This document shows, in pieces, positions 28,192-37,662 of a stretch of DNA of 64,000 bases. The DNA is taken from the IMG/VR virus record IMGVR_UViG_3300036713_000599. One strand, written 5' to 3'. The translations under genes and the position numbers were made by a program. The stretch is from a virus. Its lineage: Duplodnaviria; Caudoviricetes. The notes below the pieces were generated by a model, which saw only the letters and a program-made list of their open reading frames with translations, did not search any database and had not been told where the DNA came from. Position 1 is the first letter of the stretch, and every line of letters starts with the position of its first letter.

Positions 28192-28709
28192 TGCCGGAGG
28201 TAGTTCGAGATCGGGATCTGATCATTTTTAAGAAGGGTGATGCGTATACTGTGGCAGTCAGTGGCGCTACTGCCCAGCAGGGTTGGGTCGGAGGCCAGGG
28301 CGGCCAATGGTTCGACTCTTCGTGTGATCGGTTCACCGTGGAGCTTACGGACGGTGCGGCTAACGGCTTTTTTCTGCGTGGTTCTGACGAGGATGGTGAT
28401 AAATACACTTCGATGACTCGGAATCAGCCCTATTATCGCTACTGTGTTTTCGGATTTGGTGGGTGGCTCGTGGCTACCCGATCTTTTGAGAGGTATACTT
28501 ACGCGAGTCGGCTTTCTGGTCCTCTTGTCGAGAATACTTATCAGGAGCAGGACGAGGTGGTTTTCTCTTTACGTGGGTTGTTCACAACAGAGGATGAGTG
28601 GACTCTGTCTGGTGACCCTCGTGCTCCGAACACTAATGTGGTTGGTGTGGTGGTCAAATCACCTTCAGATTTGACCGGCAACTATATCACCTTGCAGGTA
28701 AGGATCTGA
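28191..28709 (+). CDS. Putative capsid decoration paralog 1 (beta-tulip-like)
   Basis: Paralog of 28709..29221 (AYTVAV..GWVGGQG..GSDEDGD.YT..NQ); its C-half resembles 35967..36590. Confidence 0.55.
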   Translation: MPEVVRDRDLIIFKKGDAYTVAVSGATAQQGWVGGQGGQWFDSSCDRFTVELTDGAANGFFLRGSDEDGDKYTSMTRNQPYYRYCVFGFGGWLVATRSFERYTYASRLSGPLVENTYQEQDEVVFSLRGLFTTEDEWTLSGDPRAPNTNVVGVVVKSPSDLTGNYITLQVRI

Positions 28710-29221
28710 TGGTTGAGATCTTCCGTTCTCGTGACTGCGTCGTCTTTTATAAGGATGATGCCTATACTGTGGCGGTCGACGACACGCTTGTGTCAGAGGG
28801 CTGGGTTGGGGGCCAAGGAGTCCAGTGGGTAGCCTCCTCTTCGGAGTTCACTGTGACTCGGTCTATCGGCTTCTTTGGTGGATTTCTTGTGTGGGGTTCT
28901 GACGAGGATGGTGACAGATATACGGCTGTCACTCAAAATCAGCTATATTATCGTTTCGCTACAATGCTTTCTGGGGCCTGTCTTATCAGCACCTCCACGT
29001 ATGAACAACATACGTGGTCTTCTCGTCAGGCAGGGCCCTTGGTACCTAACACCTTCGCTGCGAACCAGAAGTTGTACTTATCTCTCCGTGGTTACTGGAC
29101 CCCAGAGGATGAATTGTCGGCGTCAGGGCACCCAAGTGCTCCCGCCCCTCTTGCTGGTGTTGTTGCCCGACTACCCAAGGCCCAGAATGGTTGGTCCCTT
29201 GGGATCCAGACGGTGATGTGA
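28709..29221 (+). CDS. Putative capsid decoration paralog 2 (beta-tulip-like)
   Basis: Tandem paralog of 28191..28709 with long identical stretches at the protein level. Confidence 0.55.
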   Translation: MVEIFRSRDCVVFYKDDAYTVAVDDTLVSEGWVGGQGVQWVASSSEFTVTRSIGFFGGFLVWGSDEDGDRYTAVTQNQLYYRFATMLSGACLISTSTYEQHTWSSRQAGPLVPNTFAANQKLYLSLRGYWTPEDELSASGHPSAPAPLAGVVARLPKAQNGWSLGIQTVM

Positions 29222-29685
29222 TGTTGCGTAGGCCACAAGATCGTGCACACACACTCCAGGAAAAAGAAGACTTCGATCGTCGGCAGGCGAGGGAGATCCA
29301 GTCAGAAATAATCGAAATTCAGAAGATTCGGGGCGAACTGGAGTCCCTTGCTACCAGGCTGCAGGAGCAGTGCGACAGGTTGCGGACCCGTGTGCGCCTG
29401 ACTGCCAGCCTTGATGCGAATCCTGTGGTCACATACACGAACGCGAATATTCGTATGGCAGGCGTGGTTCTCCAGGTGTCGAGGCGTACGGCTTCCTTAG
29501 ATAGGGTTCTAAGGATTGGCGAGGCCGAGAAACGCGAGCAAGAACGGTTGGACGCTCAGAGACAGAGGCGCGAAGAACGGGTACTGCGAGAGGCTGAGAA
29601 CAGCCGAAGAATACAGGGGTCAGGCAACGACTTCGAGGAGTTGTTCGGAGACTTCGATTACGAGGAGGGCGTGAGTGATGCCTGA
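29221..29685 (+). CDS. Coiled-coil hypothetical protein
   Basis: ATG overlaps the upstream TGA; heptad-rich; RLTASL and RRTASL sites. Confidence 0.55.
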   Translation: MLRRPQDRAHTLQEKEDFDRRQAREIQSEIIEIQKIRGELESLATRLQEQCDRLRTRVRLTASLDANPVVTYTNANIRMAGVVLQVSRRTASLDRVLRIGEAEKREQERLDAQRQRREERVLREAENSRRIQGSGNDFEELFGDFDYEEGVSDA

Positions 29686-31489
29686 TAACCCATACACCAA
29701 CGCAAGCCACACTCCCCGGTACTCTGCACAGACTAGGGTTCGGGCGACTCCTCAGGCACAGCCGTACGTGGCTCAGAAGTTCTCAAGTCAACTCACACCC
29801 AAGGAACGTTTGGCACGGCAACAGGCTAGGACGGCGAACTGTTTTGGTGGTGGGGGCTATTCCGGTGGAGGGATGGGCATGAACACCACCATGAGCGGAA
29901 ACAACAACTTCTTCTCTGTTCAGCTTTCAACAGACTTTTTGGAGCTGCCTCAATCTATTCGCGAGTGGCGGGAAATTTACCGTCATTTTTATAACAACGA
30001 CGAGATTGTAGGGCAGGCCATAGACCTACATACAGAACTTCCGCTTTCCAAGGTCCGGCTCACTCCTCCGAAGCCTCGCACGTGCCCTGAAGGTTTTGAG
30101 AATCCTCATGATTACGCTAAATACATCCTCAGTAGATTTCAGCGGATGTGTGACCGTGTTCGCCTTTTCAGTAACCTGATCACAATCGTCCACCATTATT
30201 GGTTGGACGGGGTCACGGCGATCTTTGCGGAAGATGGTGTTGTTGACGTACCTCAGGATATAGGGTACAGTTCACAAAAGAAGGTGAAATCCGTTCTGCT
30301 GGATGACGGCACACCTGTCGAGCAAGAGGAGTATGTTTGGGTTGAGAGATCAGACAAAGAAGACCAGGAATTAGCTTACTACCAGAAGCACTATCAAGGG
30401 TGGGAGAAGTTGATAGTGCTTCCGATCGATCAGGTCAAGATTACGACCTTTTCCTTCACGAATAAGACTAAGATGGAACTGATTCCTTCCGATCGCGATC
30501 GTCGTTTGGTTGAGCAGGCGTACGCAGGGGATCCGACAGCGGAGGAAGTACTTCAAGAGATCCCGGAAGAAGTTCGAGCACATATCGAGCAAAACCAGCT
30601 CATTCCTCTTGGGACTGACCCCGACGAAGGTAGCTTTGTGTACCTGCTCTCTGGCCGTAAGGGTGCCGACGATGAGCTAGGACAGAGTATCCTTCGGCGA
30701 TGTATGCGGACGTTGTTGTACAGAGACAAGCTTCGCCAGGCTCAGACGAGCATCGCTTCTCGGGCGATGACTCCGAAAAGGGTTGTGTGGGCGGAGGGCT
30801 TGAGTGACACCGACGTCGAGGATCTTCGTGAGCAGGTCGATTTGTCGTTGGTTGATCCTGATTACACTATTGTCGCTAACTACGAGATTCATTGGGAGGA
30901 GATGGGGGCTCGTGACCGTCTTCTGGACTTGAGTGTGGAGTATGAGCAAACAGAAAGACGGCTCATTACTGGGTTGGGTGTCACTGAGTCCCTTATGAGC
31001 GGAGAATCTCTCTACAGTGGTGACCGTGTGAAGTTGGAAGTTATCAACCAGCGGTATCTCCATCTACGTGATCGGGTCCAGGAGTATGTCGAGGACTTTC
31101 TCTTTAAGCCAGTGGCTAGACGGATGGGGTTTGTCGAGAAGGATAAGTGGGGCCAGGAAGTCATACTGTACCCTAAGTTAAGCTTCACTCGCCAACCACT
31201 CCGAGACAGCCAGGATTATTTTGACGCTATCTTTAACATGTACCAGAAGGGCTCGATCAGTGTGGATCTTGTGCTTGAGGCTCTCGGTATCGATCCGGAC
31301 GATACTCGCGTCAAGCTCGAAGAGGACATGCTTACGGTCAATGACGCCACCTTTAATGAGGTCCTGCGGGGCGTTTATTCTGAGGTTGGTCGTATGATCC
31401 CTGAGAAGACTGACGTGGTTGACAGGGTTGCCAAGTATATGGACCTGAAGATGAAAGAGGCCGGGGAGGAAGAAGGCGGTCGATACTGA
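29678..31489 (+). CDS. Portal protein
   Basis: ~600 aa between TerL and the protease; YRHFYNNDEIVGQAIDLHTELP, EKLIVLPIDQVKI, GQSILRRC..L..KLRQAQ..IA, LITGLGV follow the portal helical pattern. Confidence 0.8.
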   Translation: MPDNPYTNASHTPRYSAQTRVRATPQAQPYVAQKFSSQLTPKERLARQQARTANCFGGGGYSGGGMGMNTTMSGNNNFFSVQLSTDFLELPQSIREWREIYRHFYNNDEIVGQAIDLHTELPLSKVRLTPPKPRTCPEGFENPHDYAKYILSRFQRMCDRVRLFSNLITIVHHYWLDGVTAIFAEDGVVDVPQDIGYSSQKKVKSVLLDDGTPVEQEEYVWVERSDKEDQELAYYQKHYQGWEKLIVLPIDQVKITTFSFTNKTKMELIPSDRDRRLVEQAYAGDPTAEEVLQEIPEEVRAHIEQNQLIPLGTDPDEGSFVYLLSGRKGADDELGQSILRRCMRTLLYRDKLRQAQTSIASRAMTPKRVVWAEGLSDTDVEDLREQVDLSLVDPDYTIVANYEIHWEEMGARDRLLDLSVEYEQTERRLITGLGVTESLMSGESLYSGDRVKLEVINQRYLHLRDRVQEYVEDFLFKPVARRMGFVEKDKWGQEVILYPKLSFTRQPLRDSQDYFDAIFNMYQKGSISVDLVLEALGIDPDDTRVKLEEDMLTVNDATFNEVLRGVYSEVGRMIPEKTDVVDRVAKYMDLKMKEAGEEEGGRY

Positions 31490-31510
31490 TTCTATTCGCA
31501 GGTAAGATCA

Positions 31511-32506
31511 ATGATGGATCTCAGGGCAAAGAAGACGGAGTCGGAACGAGAGGACGAAGAAGCGGAGCGTTTAATCCGCGAAAGCCCTAAGCAGAGGCCC
31601 CCTCGTCGTGACCGACGGCGAGAGCGTATGGATACTTCTGAGGGAGACAAAGACAGAGATCTTAGCCTCAATTACAAAGATGTGGGTGGTTCTGCCTGTG
31701 TGGTTCGCCATTTCGTAAATTCTACTTATCTGAGGGGGTTGGCGATGGGACGTAGATTAGAGAGAGATGCTGTATACCACGGGGTCGCACCTTATAAGGA
31801 GGACCCCGGCCCTTATCCAGGGTGGGGGCCTGCCCACCAGAGGGATATAGGGGAAAGGGATTTTCAGATTATTCTGAAGAGCGCAGAGAATTGGCTACAG
31901 GCTCCGGTGCTCTCTCGTCACATTGAGGGGATGTTGCCGGACACCAGACTTCGTGCGGCTCTCGACCTTGCTATTCAGGCAAGTCCTTATAATCGTGCCA
32001 TCAACCCTCAAAGATACAACATGCTCCTCTCTCGGTTGGCGGAGCGTTTTGAAGAAAAAACGGATACTCGGGAAGCTAGATCTACTTGTACCCTGCCTTC
32101 TGGTAGGGTCAGTGCAGGTAACCCACAGGAGACTGATGCAATGACAACCAAGCTTTCGGCTGAACAAAGCAAGACGGCAAGTGGCATTTTGACCAAGCTC
32201 GATGAGACTGCAAAGGAGATTCAGGCTTCCTATGAGAAGCTTGGGTTGCCCCTCAAAGATGCAAAAAAGATGGTCAATGCGCTCGATCGTATTGCCGACG
32301 ACTTTGAAATCAATGCTTTTGGCGAAGAGTCTTGGGAAAACCGTCGCCAGGAAATTGAAGACAAGACCGCTGCTGTGTATCAGCGTGACCCTGATGAGTC
32401 TTATATGGATACATTCCAGAACCCTCATCAGCCTCACCAAGTGGACGCCGACGAGCCCTATATGGATGCTTTTTCGGACGACGACTCTTGGTCTGAGGGT
32501 GAGTGA
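31511..32506 (+). CDS. Hypothetical head-region protein with internal in-frame SD+ATG starts
   Basis: 331-aa ORF; in-frame ATGs at 31745 and 32141 each have a properly spaced SD-like sequence. Confidence 0.6.
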   Translation: MMDLRAKKTESEREDEEAERLIRESPKQRPPRRDRRRERMDTSEGDKDRDLSLNYKDVGGSACVVRHFVNSTYLRGLAMGRRLERDAVYHGVAPYKEDPGPYPGWGPAHQRDIGERDFQIILKSAENWLQAPVLSRHIEGMLPDTRLRAALDLAIQASPYNRAINPQRYNMLLSRLAERFEEKTDTREARSTCTLPSGRVSAGNPQETDAMTTKLSAEQSKTASGILTKLDETAKEIQASYEKLGLPLKDAKKMVNALDRIADDFEINAFGEESWENRRQEIEDKTAAVYQRDPDESYMDTFQNPHQPHQVDADEPYMDAFSDDDSWSEGE

Positions 32507-32536
32507 GACGACGAACCTTCGCCTCTTGAGTGACCT

Positions 32537-33244
32537 ATGACGATTGACTATTGGCAACTCGCAAAGGACTTCGCTGCAGGTGACATAGTGCAGCGGCTTC
32601 TTCCGGGGCAAGGTATCTCGCCCTTCTCTGGTCGTGTCCTCGCATCCTTACCTGGTTTAGGTGTCGTGGACGTCCAATGGCCTTACGGTTCGGAGAGAGT
32701 TTTTTCCGATGAGCTGCTGAAGGTAGACCCTCGTTTTGGTTACTACCTGCCCCCTACTCTTACTTTTGATTATTTTCCTGGGCTGGATGTTGTTAAACAG
32801 GCGTCCGTGAACAAGTGGCGGACTACTGAGGTGCCTGCAGGATTCCACAAGGAACTAGCTCGGTTATTTAGTAGAGGGTCAAACGAGATTCAGGCGTACA
32901 ATGAGTTGTGGCATCGTTACGCATCATATTCTCATGATGATGCACTGCGAGACGAGGTCGACAAATTTTACCGCTTTGCTTCCAATACTCTCGATCTGTA
33001 TCTTCAGGCGACTGTTGCTAAGACAGCTACCTATTGGATGGCCCAGAATCGGCAACACCGGGCCACGCGTAAAGAGCTATTGGCAAAGTGCCCTAACTGC
33101 CCTCGCTGTGGCACGGCTATGCGTCGCACTACGTACAAGATGCGAGAGGGGCAGAAGATGCGCCTTTTTGCGTGCCCTGTGGATCTCTTCATTATAAAGA
33201 GGGGTGACATTTTTGGGCCCGACGGTAATCCCGTGGAGTGGTAA
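32537..33244 (+). CDS. Hypothetical protein: SH3-like N-domain plus C-terminal Zn ribbon
   Basis: GDIVQ...GRV...VDVQWPYGSERV; C-terminal CPNCPRCG...FACP. Confidence 0.6.
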   Translation: MTIDYWQLAKDFAAGDIVQRLLPGQGISPFSGRVLASLPGLGVVDVQWPYGSERVFSDELLKVDPRFGYYLPPTLTFDYFPGLDVVKQASVNKWRTTEVPAGFHKELARLFSRGSNEIQAYNELWHRYASYSHDDALRDEVDKFYRFASNTLDLYLQATVAKTATYWMAQNRQHRATRKELLAKCPNCPRCGTAMRRTTYKMREGQKMRLFACPVDLFIIKRGDIFGPDGNPVEW

Positions 33245-33245
33245 T

Positions 33246-34721
33246 ATGGCTTTTTCGAAGTACGCCAACGCAGCTGTTGTTAAGCCTGCCATCACCATGG
33301 ATGCGTGGGACACGGTTCGAGCTAATGCAATGCAGCTCGGACCCGCTTTTGGTGCCCGAAAGTCTTCTGGGGCTGTACTTCAAAAATTCCATCCTGACCA
33401 ATATTTACTCAGCCATTGTACTATCATAGCCTCTGTGGACACAGAGGAACCCTCTGATGTCAAGCTAGGGGCTCAGATGGTAGATGGTTTCCAGATCAAC
33501 CGTAAGTACGGCGACTACCTAATCACTCCTGAGACAAGTCCTTGGATTAACAATAATTTTGATAGCTGGGAAAGAAAACTTTTGCTCGCAACATACCCCA
33601 CTTTTACTGGTGGTGAAAACTATGTTGAGCACTTACAGATTCCTGAGTTATCTAAAGGTAAGATCTTAGATGCTGCAGCACGGGACATTGGAGACTCTAT
33701 ATACGTCGACATCCTTGTAGCTACGAGTCGTAAACACCGCCCCTTGATTGAGGCGGTAGAGTCTGGTGAGCTTCAGACACTGTCGATGGGCGCACGGGTA
33801 GCATTTACCATTTGCTCTAAGTGCGGGAATGTTGCTGCTGACGAGACTGAACTGTGTCAGCACATCAAGTACCAGAAAGGTAACAACTTTACTGACGAGC
33901 TAGGTAAGGTCCGAAAGATTGCTGAGATCTGCGGACACGTGACAGCAGAGCCCGGAAGTGTTGAATTCGTAGAAGCTTCTTGGGTTGCTAACCCCGCCTT
34001 TACAGGTGCTGTTCTTCGCAACATCCTCGCTCCTGACCAGATAAAGGCTCTTGGATCCCGTGCTCAGGTAGCCTTCTCTCGTCTTCCTGGGGTTGTGGAC
34101 AATGATTCGATGCGGCGAGTCGCGAGTCTTGCTTTTGACCTCGGTGACCAAGGCCAGGATCAAGAAGAACCTGTGCCGAAGCCTCAGAAAGATCTTTTAG
34201 AAGAAGCTGTTGGTGATGTCGCGGACTATCTCCGAGAGCAGGCATTGAAAAAGGTTCGTGAGGAGATGGGTGGAGGGGAAGTCCCGGAAGCTGATCTCCA
34301 GGAAAACCTCAATGAGACTCTAGTGAAGGAAGCCACGTCTAGTCCCCAGTGGTGTGCCATATCTAAAGCTGTGGTCACTAAACTAGGATCGGGACCGTTG
34401 ACTAGACGTATTTTGTTCGGCTTTCTTTTATACCGTCGTGGTGGTTGGAAGTGTGTTCAAGCTGCCAAAAAGCTTAAGGGTGTGGACTTTCTAGCTATGT
34501 CTCGATTCATCGATTCATTCCAAGGCGTTCCTAAGATCGCAGGAGAGTCTCGTTTGTATCGTGCTGTCGTCGCTGTAGGCGGGTATGCACCATACGAAGA
34601 TGAAAAGAGCTATTTGGCCGCGTGTCGTCGAGTACTAGGTAGGGAATTAATGAGGTCCGAGCAGGACACTCTGTTGGCTAAGGGGAGATTGTACGACCTT
34701 GGGGCTCCCGGGATGTCGTGA
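33246..34721 (+). CDS. Prohead (capsid maturation) serine protease with Zn-finger insertion
   Basis: NNNFD, NYVEHLQ (His), YVDILVAT, TLSMG (Ser), CSKCGN..LCQH insert, EFVEASWVANPAF; located between portal and scaffold. Confidence 0.82.
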   Translation: MAFSKYANAAVVKPAITMDAWDTVRANAMQLGPAFGARKSSGAVLQKFHPDQYLLSHCTIIASVDTEEPSDVKLGAQMVDGFQINRKYGDYLITPETSPWINNNFDSWERKLLLATYPTFTGGENYVEHLQIPELSKGKILDAAARDIGDSIYVDILVATSRKHRPLIEAVESGELQTLSMGARVAFTICSKCGNVAADETELCQHIKYQKGNNFTDELGKVRKIAEICGHVTAEPGSVEFVEASWVANPAFTGAVLRNILAPDQIKALGSRAQVAFSRLPGVVDNDSMRRVASLAFDLGDQGQDQEEPVPKPQKDLLEEAVGDVADYLREQALKKVREEMGGGEVPEADLQENLNETLVKEATSSPQWCAISKAVVTKLGSGPLTRRILFGFLLYRRGGWKCVQAAKKLKGVDFLAMSRFIDSFQGVPKIAGESRLYRAVVAVGGYAPYEDEKSYLAACRRVLGRELMRSEQDTLLAKGRLYDLGAPGMS

Positions 34722-34761
34722 TTCTCTTTATATGCTCATAGAAGGCAGGAAAGGTGATATC

Positions 34762-35889
34762 ATGCGTAAGCGTACCACTTGGGTTTCATCGAAGGGAGCT
34801 TCCGAAAAGAAGGCAGAAGATCCCCGTGCCATGAACCAGGACCATTTGCAGCAGCAGCCGTCGGCTGACAAGTATACGATAGGCGGCCCATCAGAGTTTG
34901 CTGAGGACGTACATCCGTCTGCTGACACCTGGGAATCAGAGGACGAGGGTGGTGAGACTAAGCGGAATGAAATAGGGATGCCCGAGTTCCGTGACGACAC
35001 TTTCAAGCACGCTGGCGTCGACATGGAGACTCTGTACAAGAAGGGTAATATATGTCTCCGTGTTGCCCGCCACATGCTCCCGTCTGCAGATGATGAGACC
35101 CTTGAGTTCCAGGCTGCTGCTTTGATGCACCTTCCTGATCAGGACCTGGTTGAAACCGTTGGTCGTATTCAAACGGCCGGAAAGGTCCCGCCCGAGTTTC
35201 TTGAGCAGCAGGAGAAGATGAAGGAAAAGGCCGAGGACAAGAAGGAAGAAAAAGAAGAAAAGGCGGACAAGAAGGAAGCTTCTGAAAACGTAGAGCCTGA
35301 GCAGGTTGCGGAAGAAGAGACGGAAGAAGAGAAGGAAGAAGAAGAGAAGGAAGAAGAAGAGAAGGCTCAGGACAAGGAAGCTTCTTGCGGGCAGATGTTC
35401 TCAATGGAGCAGATGCAGGAGATGGTGAACCAGGCTGTCCAGGCCAAGATGGACGCCATGCAGGCGCCCGCCTCACAGATGTCTGAAGTCCAGAGCGATG
35501 AGGAAATCCTCGATCAAATGCTTCAGGACGACTTGGAGCCTGCCCAGACCTCTGAGATGGACCTTCAACTTGAAGGTGCTCCGATGAATATCGACGAGGT
35601 CCAATTTGACCAGGATGAGAGCGACGTCCTCTCGTCTTTGTTCGCGAACCACTCTGAAGTTCTTCAGGCCCAACAGGCCCAGACCCTTCAGGGCGGTGTT
35701 CCGGTAGTTCCTGTTGCACTTCCTGTAACAAAGAATGCTTCTACTCGGACGGTCGGCACACGACCGTCCGGCGGTGTTTCACAGATCGGTGGGGCAGGTG
35801 CTTCCGCTGAGACAAACAGCAACGATGTCGACTCCTTGTCTAGTATGTGGAAGTCGGCTCCTGATGTATCTGGCGTCTTTAACCCCTAA
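34762..35889 (+). CDS. Putative capsid scaffolding protein
   Basis: Very acidic, E/K low-complexity protein between the protease and the decoration/MCP genes; SD AGGAAAGGT. Confidence 0.65.
   Translation: MRKRTTWVSSKGASEKKAEDPRAMNQDHLQQQPSADKYTIGGPSEFAEDVHPSADTWESEDEGGETKRNEIGMPEFRDDTFKHAGVDMETLYKKGNICLRVARHMLPSADDETLEFQAAALMHLPDQDLVETVGRIQTAGKVPPEFLEQQEKMKEKAEDKKEEKEEKADKKEASENVEPEQVAEEETEEEKEEEEKEEEEKAQDKEASCGQMFSMEQMQEMVNQAVQAKMDAMQAPASQMSEVQSDEEILDQMLQDDLEPAQTSEMDLQLEGAPMNIDEVQFDQDESDVLSSLFANHSEVLQAQQAQTLQGGVPVVPVALPVTKNASTRTVGTRPSGGVSQIGGAGASAETNSNDVDSLSSMWKSAPDVSGVFNP
35311..35367 (+). repeat. Coding tandem repeat (GAAGAAGAGAAGGAA)n
   Basis: About three 15-nt copies encoding EEEKE in the scaffold gene. 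Confidence 0.7.
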
Positions 35890-35966
35890 GTTGAGACCCC
35901 AGTGGTTCCCTAAATGAAAATGAAGATTTCAGTCAACCCTAGCCAGTCTCGTAAGGAGAAGAGAAT

Positions 35967-36590
35967 ATGGCTCTGAATCAAGGTCAAGGCTCGGGCGACT
36001 TCGCGGAGATGAGTGGTAGAATTCATCTGTTCCACATGGGGATTCGCAACTCGATGGGTATCCTCACGGCAGATGCTTTCACCCAGGCAAATCCGCCAAT
36101 CGTCACGACAGCCGCAAACGTTTCAACAACTCTTAGTGGGATCTCCAAAGTGGGTGTCCTCGGTGCTTCGGTCGCGTTCACACGGCCGGATGCGGGCAAC
36201 GGCTATCATGGCGGACCCGTACAAGTCGGCTCAGCATATGTTGCCGGCCAAAAGCCCCTCGGTCTTTTTCTCAATGACGCTGTCGGCAATGCGTACGAGA
36301 ACACTCCTGGAGTCGCCTCCGGTCGTGGGCCTTACGCCTCAGGCCAAGGCGTTGTCGGAGTCTCTCTCTGGGAGACGCAGCAACAGGTCGGCGGATCCGC
36401 CGCCCTTACTTACGCATCTGGAGACGAGCTGTACGCTTCAGTTAACGGCTTGCTCACGAATCGTATTGAGGACGCCTACGAGTATAACGTCGTTGGTCAA
36501 AATGACCCCGATTTTGTGACCATTGTAGGAATTCTCAAGGTCGCCCCTGACGCTAACAACTCCCTGATGGTGTTGGATCTTCGGATCTAG
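35967..36590 (+). CDS. Capsid decoration (cement) protein
   Basis: 207 aa directly upstream of the MCP, strong SD; KPLGLFLNDA..TYASGDELYASVNGLLT..VGIL..AP pattern. Confidence 0.7.
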   Translation: MALNQGQGSGDFAEMSGRIHLFHMGIRNSMGILTADAFTQANPPIVTTAANVSTTLSGISKVGVLGASVAFTRPDAGNGYHGGPVQVGSAYVAGQKPLGLFLNDAVGNAYENTPGVASGRGPYASGQGVVGVSLWETQQQVGGSAALTYASGDELYASVNGLLTNRIEDAYEYNVVGQNDPDFVTIVGILKVAPDANNSLMVLDLRI

Positions 36591-36634
36591 CGGAGTCACC
36601 GCAACTCAAAGGGCAATTCCGCTAGGAGAATGAC

Positions 36635-37516
36635 ATGAACCAGCAAATCAGTAACGAGCAAAAACAAAAGGTCATCTCGGAGTACATCAAAACAGCAGCC
36701 GGTCGTGCGAAGCTTGCAGCTTCTATGATCCAGCCGCTCCGTCTTCGTCGTGACTACACGGCCGTAGGCCGCAAGACGTTCGCCGTCGAAAGCTTGCCGG
36801 ACGCGGCACTCCCCATTTACGACAAGGACCCTGAGGTCACCGCATTCGTCGTGGGCGAAGAAGGCGAGAACGTTCTTGCTATTCAAAAGTCCCGCCGCGT
36901 CATCTTCTCTTTGTTCGAGATCGCTTCGAACCCTGAGATTCCGTTCACTCAGGTCAAGGAGCGCCGCTTCGATTTGATTGAACGTTCTCAGGATCTTGCC
37001 AAGGCCCAGATTCAGGCTGCCGAAGATGAGCGAGTATTCGCTGTCCTTGATAGCATCGCTGTCTCTGGCTTCGACAACCTTCCGGGTCAGACTAACCCTG
37101 ACATTGCTGTTGTTGCTCCTATCTCCCCGAGCGTCCTCGCTGATGCTTTTGCTGAGATAGAACGTCACGACCTGCGTGTCGCCCGCATCTATATGAATGC
37201 GGTTGACTATGCTGATATCCGGAAGTTCGGACGGGATGTTCTCGACATCGAATCACAGGCAACTCTCCTGAAGACTGGTCTCCAGGCCACCTTGTGGGGG
37301 GCGCAAATCATCACCAGTCGCTTGGTTCCGGCCGGTTACGTGTATGCGTGCGCGGAAGCCGAAAACTTCGGCCGCTTCCCTGTTCGTACGGAACTTACGG
37401 TCCTTTCTGCCGACGACCCGAAGACCAGGACTATCGGGTTCTCCTGCTTCGAGAATGTTGGGATCGGGGCGTTCAATCCTCGTGGGTTGACCCGCATGGT
37501 TGTCACCCGTTTCTAG
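36635..37516 (+). CDS. Major capsid protein (short HK97-fold type)
   Basis: Position after protease/scaffold/decoration genes; strong SD AGGAGA; followed by a terminator; helix/E-loop/P-domain-like pattern (FDLIERSQDLAK..IQAAEDERVF, RIYMNAVDYADI, LWGAQIITSRLVPAG). Confidence 0.85.
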   Translation: MNQQISNEQKQKVISEYIKTAAGRAKLAASMIQPLRLRRDYTAVGRKTFAVESLPDAALPIYDKDPEVTAFVVGEEGENVLAIQKSRRVIFSLFEIASNPEIPFTQVKERRFDLIERSQDLAKAQIQAAEDERVFAVLDSIAVSGFDNLPGQTNPDIAVVAPISPSVLADAFAEIERHDLRVARIYMNAVDYADIRKFGRDVLDIESQATLLKTGLQATLWGAQIITSRLVPAGYVYACAEAENFGRFPVRTELTVLSADDPKTRTIGFSCFENVGIGAFNPRGLTRMVVTRF

Positions 37517-37549
37517 TTCTAGCTGGATCTCAGCTAATTCCCGCTTTTT

Positions 37550-37587
37550 AGCCCCGGCCGCTCTTGTTGGCCGGGGCTTCTTGATTT
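37550..37587 (+). terminator. Rho-independent terminator after the MCP gene
   Basis: Perfect 10-bp stem AGCCCCGGCC (37550-37559) / GGCCGGGGCT (37569-37578) followed by TCTTGATTT. Confidence 0.85.
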
Positions 37588-37662
37588 GTACAAGATCCGG
37601 CTTCTAGATACACACTATTATTTCTTTCCTGTGCTTGATCTTCTTTTGCCCTTACTTTGGTA

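Noticed and set aside
35311-35367. Tandem repeat as a CRISPR array or VNTR regulator
   Set aside because: No spacers; it is an in-frame E/K low-complexity segment of the scaffold. No CRISPR array or cas gene was seen anywhere.
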